A stretch of 62,139 bases of DNA, counting the filler, from Sphacelaria rigidula (taxonomy: Eukaryota), in the NCBI GenBank assembly GCA_964200075.2. It is 10 parts of 10 records of this genome, joined end to end, with 100 filler letters (N's around TTAATTAATTAA, not from the genome) between each part and the next. Parts side by side here need not be neighbours in the genome. Positions count along the whole stretch, not along the records: positions 49,793 to 55,916 come from CAXNAA020022086.1; positions 56,017 to 62,139 come from CAXNAA020022087.1; 8 more parts are not named here. One strand, given 5' to 3'. The position numbers and the translations under genes were made by a program. Numbering within the stretch: position 1 is the first letter of the stretch; every line of letters begins with the position of its first letter. Below the pieces are notes generated by a model. The model did not search any database and was not told where the DNA came from. It saw only the letters and a list, made by a program, of their open reading frames with translations. Shown piece by piece: positions 50,301-62,139 of this stretch.

Positions 50301-52389
50301 TGGATTGATTTCACGGCTTACTGGATACCGTGTGGATAACGCTTGATTTGGAGCTTGCTGTGCCCTGTCAAAAATCGGAGATATCCTACACCATGCTGTT
50401 TGAATCAAACGTTTGACTTCTGTACTGTCTATTGCTGTTGAATTGTATGACAGCAGGCCGTCTGCTGTGTGCATCCTATCACAAAACATGAATTTGCTCA
50501 ACACTTGCACAGTGCACAAATGAGGCTGATACCCATCTTCCTGTAACCTGATGCGGCGTACTGTTGTCATTTGAATGCTACCAGTTAACCCTCACCATTA
50601 TCCTACATCAATCGTGCCTTACTGTTCGGCGAGATATTATCTGATGTTACTCAATACCGATGGGCTTGACTGTTGAGCCAAATTGAAGCACGTCCCGTAC
50701 ATTTCACTATATAAATGCGGAGTATTTTGAGATTTTTCGCGACATGAAAATTTGTGTGTTGCAGTGGACACCTGATGATGAGTGACTGTACTGTGTTGTA
50801 CTGTACTGTACTAATGCTGGATTTCGCATTGCACGAATGCTTGCGTACTTCCGTCAGTCGTCCGGCATTTGCTTGCTCCCGACGTGATTATTCGTTGTTT
50901 AACTGCACTGCTTCAAGTTTAAGCTCTAGGCGTTGCCGCTGGACGGAGTAACATCGGACTCGTACACTGACGCCGCTGTCGCCATATGCTTTGGTTTTTG
51001 CATAGTGATGCTTGGGGTGCATGTTGTATGACAGCGGTGCCATATGTATATGCATTCAACAGAATAGCAGGTATTTAAAGTGCAATCCCCCGCCCCAAGT
51101 ACTATCATCGTCGCTGCTGCTATTCAACCTTGTTTTTGCCTTGACACGTTGTAACTGAGAAGCGAACCGCCAAACAGATAATGAGTGAAGCGCACGAAGG
51201 CGTATACAGGGAAACATGATGTTACATGTAGCTGGGGGGGTATTACCTGCAACCACGTAAAAGACCATGTTATGCTATGCTTGCTTGCACGCGGTGGCAG
51301 GTCAAATATTTCGCAAACAGCAATGAAACCGTTGAAGCGGTGTGATCTCCCTTACGCCTTGAAATAAAAACTTGCCCCCACGGGTGAGTGCACAGGATCG
51401 AGATGTGAAAGCCGATCGTGCGAGGAGTTGTGATATAAGACAGCTTGATGCTTGCTTTATACACCACATCACGGTTGACGCCAAGATGAAATGATTCTCT
51501 ACACCGCTTTGCTGTATTCTTGGATGCGATAACTGCTGTACGCCCGAGTTCTGCTGTGTAACGCAGCTGCTCAGTTTTACTGTAGGCTCTGATTTCGCCG
51601 TGTGATGACACAAAGCCATGCTTGCTTCATAGCCGTGACAGGTCAAATCTTGTCGTGTAGACCTGATTGAGTAGAGTCACGGTGGATACTAGGATTGCAC
51701 GACTCTCCACATTGCTTTGCTAAATTATTGCATGCAACAGCTGCTGTGTGCTGTCTGCTGTGATTGCAGCTAAAGGGAGAAACACAACAAGATTTTGCAG
51801 TTTGATACAGCTGAAATGGAACCACGCTATCTTGCTCCACATATACTCAAACTCGACAAGACCCGCTGGATGAAAAAAATTGCTTGTGTCTCCGAACATT
51901 GGGTTGGATGTCACCTTCGGTTTTACAACATGCTACCGTTTTATTTATTGTGATGCTTTTACAATATGGCTGTACAGGATGACGGTACTGACCGTTTACG
52001 GCCTGCACCATCTCCTCGATGAAATTGTTGACTTTGTACTCAGTCTAATAGTGCATGAGTAGTGGGCTTTCACTGTGGGAACAAAACTGTTCCGAATCAC
52101 CATCGAATATAAAATAATATCGGACTATGCATGCGGAAGAACCTCTGCCGTGTACTGTTTATTCGAATCTATATAGTGTGGGGAAACATGAGGCAGTGAT
52201 AGCCGTGTCGCCTGAGTGAAACTACTGAACGCGATATCAACCAGCAGATGGGAGTTAACGAACTGCCTGCGGAAGAAATACACAGGGGCTATCGAGATGT
52301 TGTCGGCTACAATTAGTAGCGAGTACATAGAGCATAATATATATATATATATATATACTTTTAGGAACGCGAACCACTTGCTCGAGTAT

Positions 52390-53192
52390 CTCATGCATGA
52401 CCACGTATGCAACGGTGAAATAATGTCATTTTACTCTATGCTTCGCAAATTCACGAAACTGCTTGTGTGACCGTAGTACCATACTGGCTGTGCATACATG
52501 CTACAAGGCACGATACCATGTGAGCCGATTCGTCGTGAACGGAAATTGCGAAGCTTGAATCAACATGAGGTATTCACCCTACCCCGGTCAGGCGGGGAGC
52601 AGATCATTGATGCGCTAAATGTGTGTTATTGTCATGGAAATTGAATGTCACTTCAACGTGGTTCCCCCTGATCGATAGTTTTGGCCTTGGTGGATAGCTC
52701 CAAAGGGTATGGGCGAGTCATATATGCTTGAGAACTTCGGGGCTATGTGATATCTACTCCGATTTTGAAGAAATCAGACCCAATCATGTGCGTTGACTTT
52801 ACTTCACGACTTTCAATACATGGGTGATTGTTTCCGTGTACACCTAATAACCGCACCTCGTACATGACCGTGTATGCAACTGATAGAGAATGACATTGTT
52901 ACGCTGCCGTCCGCTAATGCACGAAAATATGTTCGTCTAACCGTAATGTCATGCTGTCTGCATACATGCTACCAGGCACGATACTATGTAAACCGATTAG
53001 CCGTGAACGGAAATGGCGAGGCTTGAATGAACGAAACATGGAGTATTTACCCTACCCCCTGGTCAGGGAGGGCGAACCAGTAATGCTCGAAATGCTTGAT
53101 ATGTCATGGAAAATGGATGTAACCTTTACGTGGTTCCCTTGTCTGATCGTTTGTGCCCTTGGTAGATATCTTCAAAAAAGTGTGTGCGAGCT
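52390..53192 (+). repeat. Diverged near-tandem duplication (~330 bp alignable, period ~468 bp)
   Basis: TGCATACATGCTAC.AGGCACGATAC at 52491 and 52959, with CGTGAACGGAAAT, ACCCTACCCC, TGTCATGGAAA and ACGTGGTTCCC shared in order. Confidence 0.85.
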
Positions 53193-53348
53193 ATGCATGC
53201 GTAAAACAAACGGAGAGGTATGTGAAGTTGTATGAACCACATATATATAATATATATATATGCTTGCACCATACAGCGAACAAGCAGGATTTGATTGCAT
53301 ACAGGAAAATGGGCGAGGACAAAGGCTCAAGATGTCAAGACCATGATT

Positions 53349-53830
53349 GTTCGAACAGGTTGGCAGGGGAGTCAGGATTTCCCATGTGTTTTCGAACGGT
53401 TGACAGGGGGCCAGGAGTTTCCCATACGTGTTCGAACAGGTTGACCGGGGAGCCAGGATTTCCCATGTGTTTTCGAACAGGTTGACAGGGGCCAGGCGTT
53501 TCCCATGCGTGTGTGAACAGGTTGACAGGGGAGCCAGGATTCCCCATGTGTTTTCGAACAGCTTGCCACGGATCCAGGATTTCCCATGTGTTTTTGAACA
53601 GGTTGACAGCGGGCCAGGCGTTTCCCATGCGCGTTCAAACAGGTTGACAGGTGGCCAGGAGTTTCCCACGTGCATGCGAACAGGTTGACAGGAATCAGGA
53701 TTTCTCATGTGTTTTCGGACAGGTCGGCAGGCATCCAGGAATTCCCATGCTGTCCGAACAGGTTGACAGGTGGCCAGGATTTTCCCCTGTGTTGTTCGAA
53801 CAGGTTGACATGGAGCCAGCATTCCCTTGG
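53349..53830 (+). repeat. Minisatellite: 12 units of ~40-41 bp, consensus TTCGAACAGGTTGACAGGGG(A)GCCAGGA(G)TTTCCCATGTGT
   Basis: Directly visible head-to-tail units with no unique spacers; the first units alternate between two variants. Confidence 0.95.
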
Positions 53831-54973
53831 GAGCCCATGAATTTATACCTAGCTGTCCCCGACACGTGATACCCTGTCCAAATGCACACGCGTGAACCTG
53901 TTTCGTCCGGTTATATTGCTGCTCCCTTCGTTCTCCTTCCCCTTTATGCTTTTGTTCGCTATCGTTATACTGGTGAAGCGCGAATGACATTTTAGCCGAA
54001 GCGAGTAGGAACGATGCACAGCAGCTGTGGGTACAAGTTGAAGTTTGGCACCACAGCAAGAGTAGCCACCGCTCACCAGTAACAGTATTACTGGGCACCG
54101 GAGCAGGGGGGGGAAGCTATGCATCAAAACAGTGGTGAAGGTTGTTGGAAACGTGGGGTAATATAGCAAATAAGTTGCAACGGCAGGGAGCAGGTATTTT
54201 GAGGTCCGCTAAACCTAGTAACAGTAAGATACCTTAGATGAAAATTCTAGGGTCAGCGGCATTTCCTATGATTTTTCGCACAAAGGATGGGTTAATAAAG
54301 GTATGGGTCCGGGTGGTCCATGGATTACCGTAGGCATTTATTCCGGCAGCGAGTTTCTTCAGGAAAAACAAGAACACGTCATCTTTCGAAGGGCGATTGA
54401 GATTGAGGCCTTCGCCGTAGGCGCCGTGAATCCGGTGTGTGTCTAACAGTCCCCCGAAACTCGGACCTGTTGACACCGACCACCTCACCAACTAAGGAGA
54501 TTTAGCAACTTTGAAACTCTTCCGTGCTGTCAAGCCAAGCGCGCTGGGTGACGACTCGACAGTAAGGTTGCGGAGCGAACTGGCAGCCTCGAATGAAGTG
54601 TGGAAAAGCTTTGGAGTGGCGTGACAGGACGATGCAACGCTACAGTGGCTGCTGTATCCCATGAAAGACGGCGGTCAACAAGATCAAGGACTTCTCCGGC
54701 ATTGATAAGATCGTTTCTTCACGGTGTTTACATTCCCTACGTGGTCTAACCCGGCAGAGCGGTCTTCAAGACAGCGGACCCCCCCCGGGCGGGATAAAAT
54801 CGTTCCTGCGCGGTGTTGAAGTGCCCTACGCGGTCTAACCCAGCAGAACGGTTATCAAGATCGACGGCTACACCAAGACGCCGAATTCGGGAAGAGGGAC
54901 ATGGTAACGCGGCGATCCATCGTGTGAACCACGTTCAGTCCCAGGGCTTTTCAATCCTAGGACTGAGGGGGGG

Positions 54974-55368
54974 TGTTACGGATCGCGGCGTGGCGGGGTG
55001 AATGGAGATAGTACGATGATGGGCCGTCGGTTTCAAAACGACGCTACGCCCGGAGGGCTGATTGCGGGAACTGGCTAGTACCGTGATCAGGGGTGAAGGC
55101 GGTGTAATCCGTCAAAAAACGGCATACATAAACATGCCTCTTTACATCTGGTTGGATTCGGTTCTTTACAAGAATCGATCCAGCTGGCACCCTGGGGTTC
55201 ACTCTCTTTTGAGTGCTGAGGTAAATCCCACCAAGTAGAAAAAAAAATCGAATCGACCTGAAGCGGTGATCAAGGTATCGTGACGTTCGTCGTGTATCGT
55301 TCTGCATAGGACTTTCCCACGTGTTGTGAGCTTGCTCTTGTTTCAGGCATAACGGTGAGACTGTAACA
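54974..55368 (+). mobile_element. 3' LTR (395 bp) of an LTR retrotransposon
   Basis: Purine tract GAGGGGGGG (54965-54973) directly before TGTTAC; ends GTAACA, a terminal inverted repeat. Confidence 0.75.
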
Positions 55369-55617
55369 AGGTTGATTCAGGCAACGAGCAGATAGATGTA
55401 AGAAGATCGGCATGATAGTAAGATCGAACTTTGTGCACAAATGGAATGGTGAAATGTGTAACCCTATAGTAAAAGTAAGTCATATCATGCATGAGCTAGC
55501 GAGACATCGTAACTTGCATGTTTGAAATGCTATTGTTGTTCGCTCTAGTACTCGACTTGTACAGTAGAGACATGCATGTGGACGACCACTTTGGCCAACA
55601 CTATTCTTTTTGTATCA

Positions 55618-55667
55618 CTCAACCATCAGAAGGTTACGAAGTTACCAACTGAGCCACCGGGGCGACC
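55618..55667 (-). mobile_element. Truncated head of tRNA-derived SINE family 1
   Basis: Reverse complement GGTCGCCCCGGTGGCTCAGTTGGTAACTTCGTAACCTTCTGATGGTT matches 46952 onward. Confidence 0.8.
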
Positions 55668-55812
55668 GGCTCAGTTTGTAGATGAGATGAGAGGGCACAC
55701 GTGGACAGATAGCACCCTGTGGAGGGGGTCTACAGGGTTTACGTACCCTGCGCGGTGTTTCTGGCGGGAATTTTACTGTACAGTGTTTTCCAGCGTAGCA
55801 CAGGACGCTCCT

Positions 55813-55912
55813 CAGGGTTTCTCTACAGTGGTCACGAATAGTTTGTATCACAGGGTTCCTCTCCACAGGGTTTCTCTACAGTGGTCACGAATATTGTGCA
55901 TCACAGGGTTCC
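55813..55912 (+). repeat. Tandem repeat, ~53-bp unit x2, cut by the contig end
   Basis: CAGGGTTTCTCTACAGTGGTCACGAATA...ATCACAGGGTTCC occurs twice. Confidence 0.85.
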
Positions 55913-56376
55913 GTCGNNNNNNNNNNNNNNNNNNNNNNNNNNNNNNNNNNNNNNNNNNNNTTAATTAATTAANNNNNNNNNNNNNNNNNNNNNNNNNNNN
56001 NNNNNNNNNNNNNNNNCTTGGTGATTGAGTGCGAGCCTGGTCCGGCGAGAACCCGGCGTGCTCCGTCCCGGCTTCGTAGGGATGCGAGGTCAATGATCTT
56101 ATGACTATGGCATGCATGATCATGAGTACACCCTCATCCCCGTGTCTCCCCCCCTCCCCTTTCCCTTTCCCCTTCCCCCCTCCCACCGCGCGCGCTGGCC
56201 CCCGTTCATGACGTAGACCAACCCTACGTGGGCTTGCCCAATCTGCACACTCGTGAACGAAGGCTCTGTGGATACGTGCTGTGCCTGTGCAAATAGCATT
56301 GGAAAATACACCCGTCGAGGAGCTTGTGGCCTTGCATGACGCGTAACCGGTAGACACAGACTGAGGTTCCCTTTAG

Positions 56377-56763
56377 GGTGAACTGGTTGGAGGATGGCGG
56401 ACATAAATACGGTGTGTGTGCGCGTGTGTGTGCGTGTGCGTGTGTTAATGTGTGTGGCGGGGTAGAGACGGGCAGGCGGTGCGGAAATCATGGAAAGCCT
56501 GCTTCGCGGACTTAACAGGCTGAGTGAGAGTCTGGGGCGACAGGACTTTTTGAAGTTGGTTTTCGGAGGCAGGCATGGGATGATGTGCTCACGGTGTGTG
56601 TGTCGCGTGTTGGATTTCCACCCCTTGGTTGTTTGGCTTGGCAATGGGTTGGACAGTCCGACCGGCTTTTTCTTCTGCTGCTTCTTGTGCGCATGTTTGT
56701 TTTTATGCGGGGTGCTGACAGCCACAGCACGAGGGTGCTGGAAGAAATTTCGCGCAAGCTTTG
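56377..56763 (+). CDS. Three tentative short exons (56377-56411, 56476-56554, 56722-56763) of an unknown protein
   Basis: GT-AG junctions join in phase to give VNWLEDGGHKYGGAEIMESLLRGLNRLSESLGRQDFLNHSTRVLEEISRKLW; no homology recognised. Confidence 0.4.
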
Positions 56764-59655
56764 GTAAGAGCGTGTTCGTCGCATGACGCAAGCTTGGATC
56801 ATCATCTTGCCATTCTGCCCCGACTCCCCAACGGTGTTGGTATCGTGCGTGTGTCGTTGGGTTGGCGTTTTGCGATATACAGCACCGTTATGGCACCCGA
56901 CTGCCACGTAAAACTCGGCTCGTTTTGGGGAATGCCATGAACACAATGCCTAAACCGATATTCGCCATGATATGCGCAGAGTAGGTAAATCGATACTCGA
57001 GATGTCGATGTACAACCCAACTAGCAGGCTCTTCGTTTTTCTGACTGGAGTGCCTGGTTTTTCAAGGTGATGCAGAGATAATGACCCTATCGGGTTAGCG
57101 TCTTTCATCGTGGACCTAGGACCGGCCTCCCCGGTGACGCCTTCTCTTTCACACGTGCACATTCCGGCGAACGGCGGCATGAACACATTTACTTCGGTCG
57201 AAGCGCGAGAAGTTTTGGTTTGGATGTGCGTTAGAACCGTTCAACCATGCTTTCTCTCGTGTGTATCTTTCCATTTGTTTTCCGTCTCGCGGAACTCAGT
57301 AACTGTATGTTTCGGATATTTGGTTCTCCGATGACGTGTTGATTGTGCGCATTGTGAAGAAAAGCACGGCCAGCTCGGGAGGGGGGGGGGGAGAAGGATA
57401 AGGAGTGTCATCGAAAACATTGCACCCTTGGAAACATTGAACGGTGTTGATTCTGCCCGTGTTGTTTGATGAGGCAGTTGGGTGGCATAAATTATGGCGA
57501 TTTATGCATGGGAGTGGCATTGAGAGAGGAAGAAAAGCTGCCGTCATGTATGTTTAGGTTGCGTTCGGTGCATGTAGATTAGCAGATGTGTTGATACATA
57601 TGATAACACGTGAATACTTTTTCGTTCTTTGTAACAAGGCGGCTTCTGCTGTTTCGGCGAGCTGTTCTTGACTGTAGTACCACCGAGTTTGCACCCCTGA
57701 GGGAGGGGGGAAGCTGTTCCACTGCGAGGGCTGAAGCAAAATAAATTCAGCTGGTGACGGAGGGGTGTGGTAAAGTGCTGCACTGCAGTTTTGCCATCGC
57801 CATTCTCACGTCTGGCCTGTGTGTTTGCTTTTGCTGTCGCGCGTATGGTCTCTGACGGTCCCATGCCTTTCGGGGCGATCCTAACTTCGTGCGTGTTCCA
57901 CGGCGACAGTTGTTCCCACTGCTGATATCCAGCGGTCGTTCATGATGCCGAGCACGGAAGTGGATCAGAGTGTGCAGAGGTGTTGTGAGATAAGGGCGGG
58001 GTATGAGTATCTTCAGGTACCCTAAACTATCCAGTATTTTCGGTAGCCAATGTCCATGAGGTACCTCGGAACACTCGGTATTCTCGCAGTATTGTCGGCA
58101 ATCGATACCCATCGTACCTCTGGTACTCGATAATGCGAATACCCCGAGCCCAGGGTATCTATCTGGATTCCGCTAGTCCCCCCCCTCCCTCCGCACCTTC
58201 GAGAGTGTGTGGCTTGAAGTTCTTGCCGAACACCATTTCATCACGTAAGTGTTTAGCTGCATTTTTCAGTGCATGTAGCGAGATACCGCCGAGGTTTCCA
58301 AGAGATCTTGTCACTGTGCTTCCGGTTCAGTATTTCTCCAGAGTGCTCTGTCTAGCCTAGTTAGCTAGATCAGGTGCAATTGGCCGTATGAGTTTCTCGT
58401 TTTCAACAACGAAACTCGTGCGTACGCGTAAACTGCTGTGAACTTTACAGCCTACGTACAACAGTATGTAAGCTGATTGCCATTACTTCAAAGCTCTTGC
58501 GTGTACATGGTACATGGGCGTACCGTGCTGTGAAGCTTGGCGCAGGTTTGCTCATCTCACAAAACTGAAGGGTTTTTACAGTGTTCTGTAGGCGCTTTTG
58601 TGGCTAGTAGAGAGGGACGGTATTCGGTCAATCAGAATACTCGGGGGGTTCTGATTGGCCGCTCAGGTCGCTGCGAGTATGTTGGCCCTGTCTGTAGTGG
58701 TGCTAATCCGCGACAAAGTGAATTCTCTCCTGGACTACGTATAGTCATGGTCCACCGGGAAATGAACAAGTTGGCCGTAGATTTAAATATATACATATGT
58801 GTGTGTTTGAACACCCAGGGTGCGAGTGATCCTACGGTGAGGGTGGCGGGGTGTGTTCTGGACCACTTCTTGCGCAAGGAGTCTCTCTGAAGTGTCGTTA
58901 CTAGAAAATGTCAAATGGACGCTCTTGGTGTTAGCAGCACAATGTACGCGTTGGCACCGCCGAGAATTTCCAGCCACATGCCAGGGCGTAACAAGTGCGC
59001 TCATCGAGTTTTGTAAGTATTTCACGAACTCCCTTCGTTCGTGCAATCTACCATAGGATGAGGATCATGCGTTTATCCACGTCGAAAACATACCCACGCA
59101 TGTTCGTCTGGATATTTTCCCTCCGCTATGATTTCATGAGTTCCTCATGAAAGAACACGGGATTTTACAAATTGGGGATGTATATTTTCTTGGGGATGAA
59201 AACCCGGAGAATTCAAATCTTCGTATCCACACCAAATCTTCGAAGTATGCTTCCATTTCTTCACTTGCTGGTAGTTATTGACAACTACTACACTCCATCA
59301 AAATTTGGATTTCGATCATCGAAATGTCGGGGTCCTGGAACAATGTTTTCGTGAGACTGAGAGTTCAAGATCTTGAAGATCCAGTTGAGAGCGACCAGTG
59401 TATTCCAGCGGCGGTCACGGGGACCTTTCAAATTGTTCCACGACACTTTGGGTTGTAGCATGATAGAGGTGACTCAAACTCGACTTCCGGTATCCCGCTT
59501 TGTTTTGTTATATTTTTTCAATTGAAAGTGATGCCGATTCATCAGATGATGAGACGGGTCGACTGCCAGGTCAGGTCCTCCTATGAATCGCGATCGTTTT
59601 CACTTGAAGAAATAGCACACAAGCCAGTTTTTTCGGGGAAACTTCGATCCAGTCA

Positions 59656-60971
59656 GACCCCCGTCAAACGGTAAAAACGAAACAGAACAAAGAACCTCGT
59701 CCATACAAAGTTATGGAATGAACCACAGCACAGTTGTGCGAAATTTCAGGGCCTAGCTCCTTAGAACGGCGTGAAATTGTTCGCGTTTTGTGCGATAAAC
59801 CTTGCCGGGCCGCGGTGAAACGGCAAACTACTAGATTTTAGGATGAAAATGACTTTTTCGGACCTTCGTTGACGTCAACATGAAAATTCTAGCACCAGTG
59901 GATTGAGTTTGGCCACGAAACTTTGTGGGGTTCTTCCTGGAGTTTGGCGGCGACAGAACGTTCGCGTAATAAATGGAAAAAATGCCGTAGTGCCGGTTTT
60001 CCGGGGTCCCAGAATGGACGACTTCGAAAAAACGACTGGGATCCCGACCTCCCGAAAAACGGTAAAAAATTCAAGAATTAGAAAAACCTCGTTGATCGAA
60101 CTTTGCGTAATGATTCAAAGCACATTTGTGCAAAGTTTCAGGATCTGAATCGTCATAAATGCTTCCAGATTTGCGCGTTTGTGCGAGGATGTGAACTTGA
60201 AACGTGTAAACTCCTAACTACTTGGTTTGAGTATAAAACATATTTTAGGGTGCATTTTACGTCAAGGCAAGAAAAACTGTATTAGATTTTCGAGCTTCTC
60301 CACCAAACTTCGTACATGTGTTTCTTGGACCACCCCGGGACGCATCGTGTTATTTTGTTATATTTTGAGTCATTCCGTATCGCCTTCCGGGGGTCTTTGT
60401 ACTGCGACCCCCGGAAGCCGGTAGAGAACGGAGAAACTATGAACCCTTGCCAAGGACACATTTTTTTCATTTGGAGCACCAATACCTACGGAACTGCCAA
60501 GTTTGAGGATGATCTGAGCTTTTCTACAACAGATATAAGGGAAATCATCACGAGGCTTTCTGAGTCTTTTCTGCGTATCATGTGGAAATTAGACAACGCC
60601 AAACTCCACATCAACGAAACATTACGATTTCGGGTATAATTCGACGCCGTTGGGACCGTTTTCTAATCCGTTTCTCCCGTTATTCTTGAGGTAATGACGA
60701 CCACTACAATTTAAAGCATGTGGAGATTCGATAAAAATTGGGCTTGGAATTCGTATTTTCAATTTCGGAACAGTTTGAAAGGCGCTGATTGGTTGAGACA
60801 CACTTTTGTCCACAGCGCTACCGCTATAGCCTTGAGAAGAAATCCGGCTATGTCACCCTCTTCGTCTGTTCATTGCGGTCAGTATGAAATCATGTGCGCG
60901 ACTATTGGGTGCGTATTGCAGAAGGCATTTGCTCATGACAGAATTTGGGCTTTTTCCCGTGAACTAGCCTG
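59656..60971. mobile_element. Second copy of the large non-coding DNA transposon arm
   Basis: Colinear with 6777-8069, ending GTGAACTAGCCTG. Confidence 0.75.
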
Positions 60972-62139
60972 TATGCAGTTCGCCACTTCATGAACTCAGC
61001 CGCTTGTACCTGCGGCAAACATGTAGGCGGGATATCACCCCACGCGCTATAGTATATCGCTAAATCACATTTTTGTAAAGCTGTCCGTGTTGCAGCTACA
61101 GCGTGCGTGTGCCCCAGGTGGCGCACGCAGGAGTAAAAGGCCGCCTCCGCCGCGGTAATGGCTGCCTGTATCTTGGGCGAAGCTAAATGGTAACACAGCC
61201 GCGGCTGGTGCGCCCACATGTACCAAAAGGTGGAGACGGGCGTCCGGAACAGATGGGACGGCAACACGCACAACACACCGTATGCATTACACTTCCAACA
61301 TCGTGTTCGTACTGACTGTATACATCTTTTGTCCACAGTTGGGTACATTTCCATGTATTTTGCAGGGTCTGGTACCATCTCGACTTATAATGTGACGGAG
61401 GATCTGGTATGTTTCCACCTGTACATGTATGTAATAATGATGCTACTCGGTGATATCGAGAAAAAATCCACAACATCTGGGCGAACTGTAGGTGAGGCGC
61501 AATCGCCGAAATATTCACCTGCAAACTCTGCTCCAGTGCACTGTAAGTTGACATCGCTAGAAGTACACCACCATAACCACCTTGCCAACTGCCAGACTGT
61601 CGGACTGCCAGGACGTAGGATTCGCTAGCATTGCTCCTGTCTGTACGGGGATGTTGCCCCCTCGTCAGGTACGTTTTGGAGCATGATACTATATGAAGAT
61701 CACCCTTCCTTGTACATGGGCACCAAACGCTGCGGGTACTCACTCAAGACTTCGATTTGGAGAATCATGCTGGGTAGGCAGCGGTTACTGCTGTGTCCAG
61801 GTGCCCCTTGGAGCAGGATGCGTTTGGTGTACGTTCGACGAAGTCATCCCCAAAAAATCGAAATCGATGAGGGTTTTAGAGTGGAAAAATCTAGCAAAAA
61901 AACTATCGAAATAATCCGATCGCAATAATCAGTACGCAAGAATCCCGACGCAAAAACGGAGTCGCAAAAAGCTCTTGATCGAATTTTACTCGCAGCAAAA
62001 AACAACTTCACTTTGTGAAATTGAAATATTTCGAGACAAGTAGGCCCCAAGATAAAAAAAATCGAGTTTTGAGGGGGGGGGGGGGGGGGGGGAAGGGGGG
62101 GGGAAAGCAGCCTGAGTGTCCCTTGGTTGGTGCCCGGGG

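Noticed and set aside
53349..53830. CRISPR-like array
   Set aside because: Units are head-to-tail with no unique spacers, no cas genes are present, and the context is eukaryotic; it is a minisatellite.
53172..54098. 308-aa ORF and overlapping ORFs
   Set aside because: They are a by-product of the stop-poor tandem array; unit lengths of 40-41 nt do not preserve frame.

Overview
Eukaryotic, repeat-rich genomic DNA, most likely from a brown alga (Phaeophyceae). This is inferred from the long GT-AG introns, poly-C/G tracts, a tRNA-headed SINE and a stramenopile-type bZIP-associated exon. The window is not one locus. It is ten unrelated contigs (nine of 6124 bp, one of 6123 bp) joined by artificial 100-nt spacers (N44-TTAATTAATTAA-N44), so synteny across spacers means nothing. 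Recognisable content: a decayed multi-exon Sola2-like DNA transposase (contig 3); three exons of a Tas-like aldo-keto reductase that lacks the canonical tetrad His (contig 5); two exons of a coiled-coil protein (contig 6); one exon of a putative bZIP factor (contig 7); the 3' LTR of an LTR retroelement with tandem arrays upstream (contig 9); hAT and Harbinger-like MITEs; tRNA-derived SINEs; and tyrosine-recombinase remnants. The most striking signal is more than 20 5'-truncated copies of a non-LTR-like retroelement, in two related subfamilies. They end at ATGAGTAC(A/G) followed by poly(C) rather than poly(A), and they stack inside poly(C) tracts. No CRISPR array, rRNA or intact tRNA gene was found. 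Most ORFs in the supplied track are spurious.
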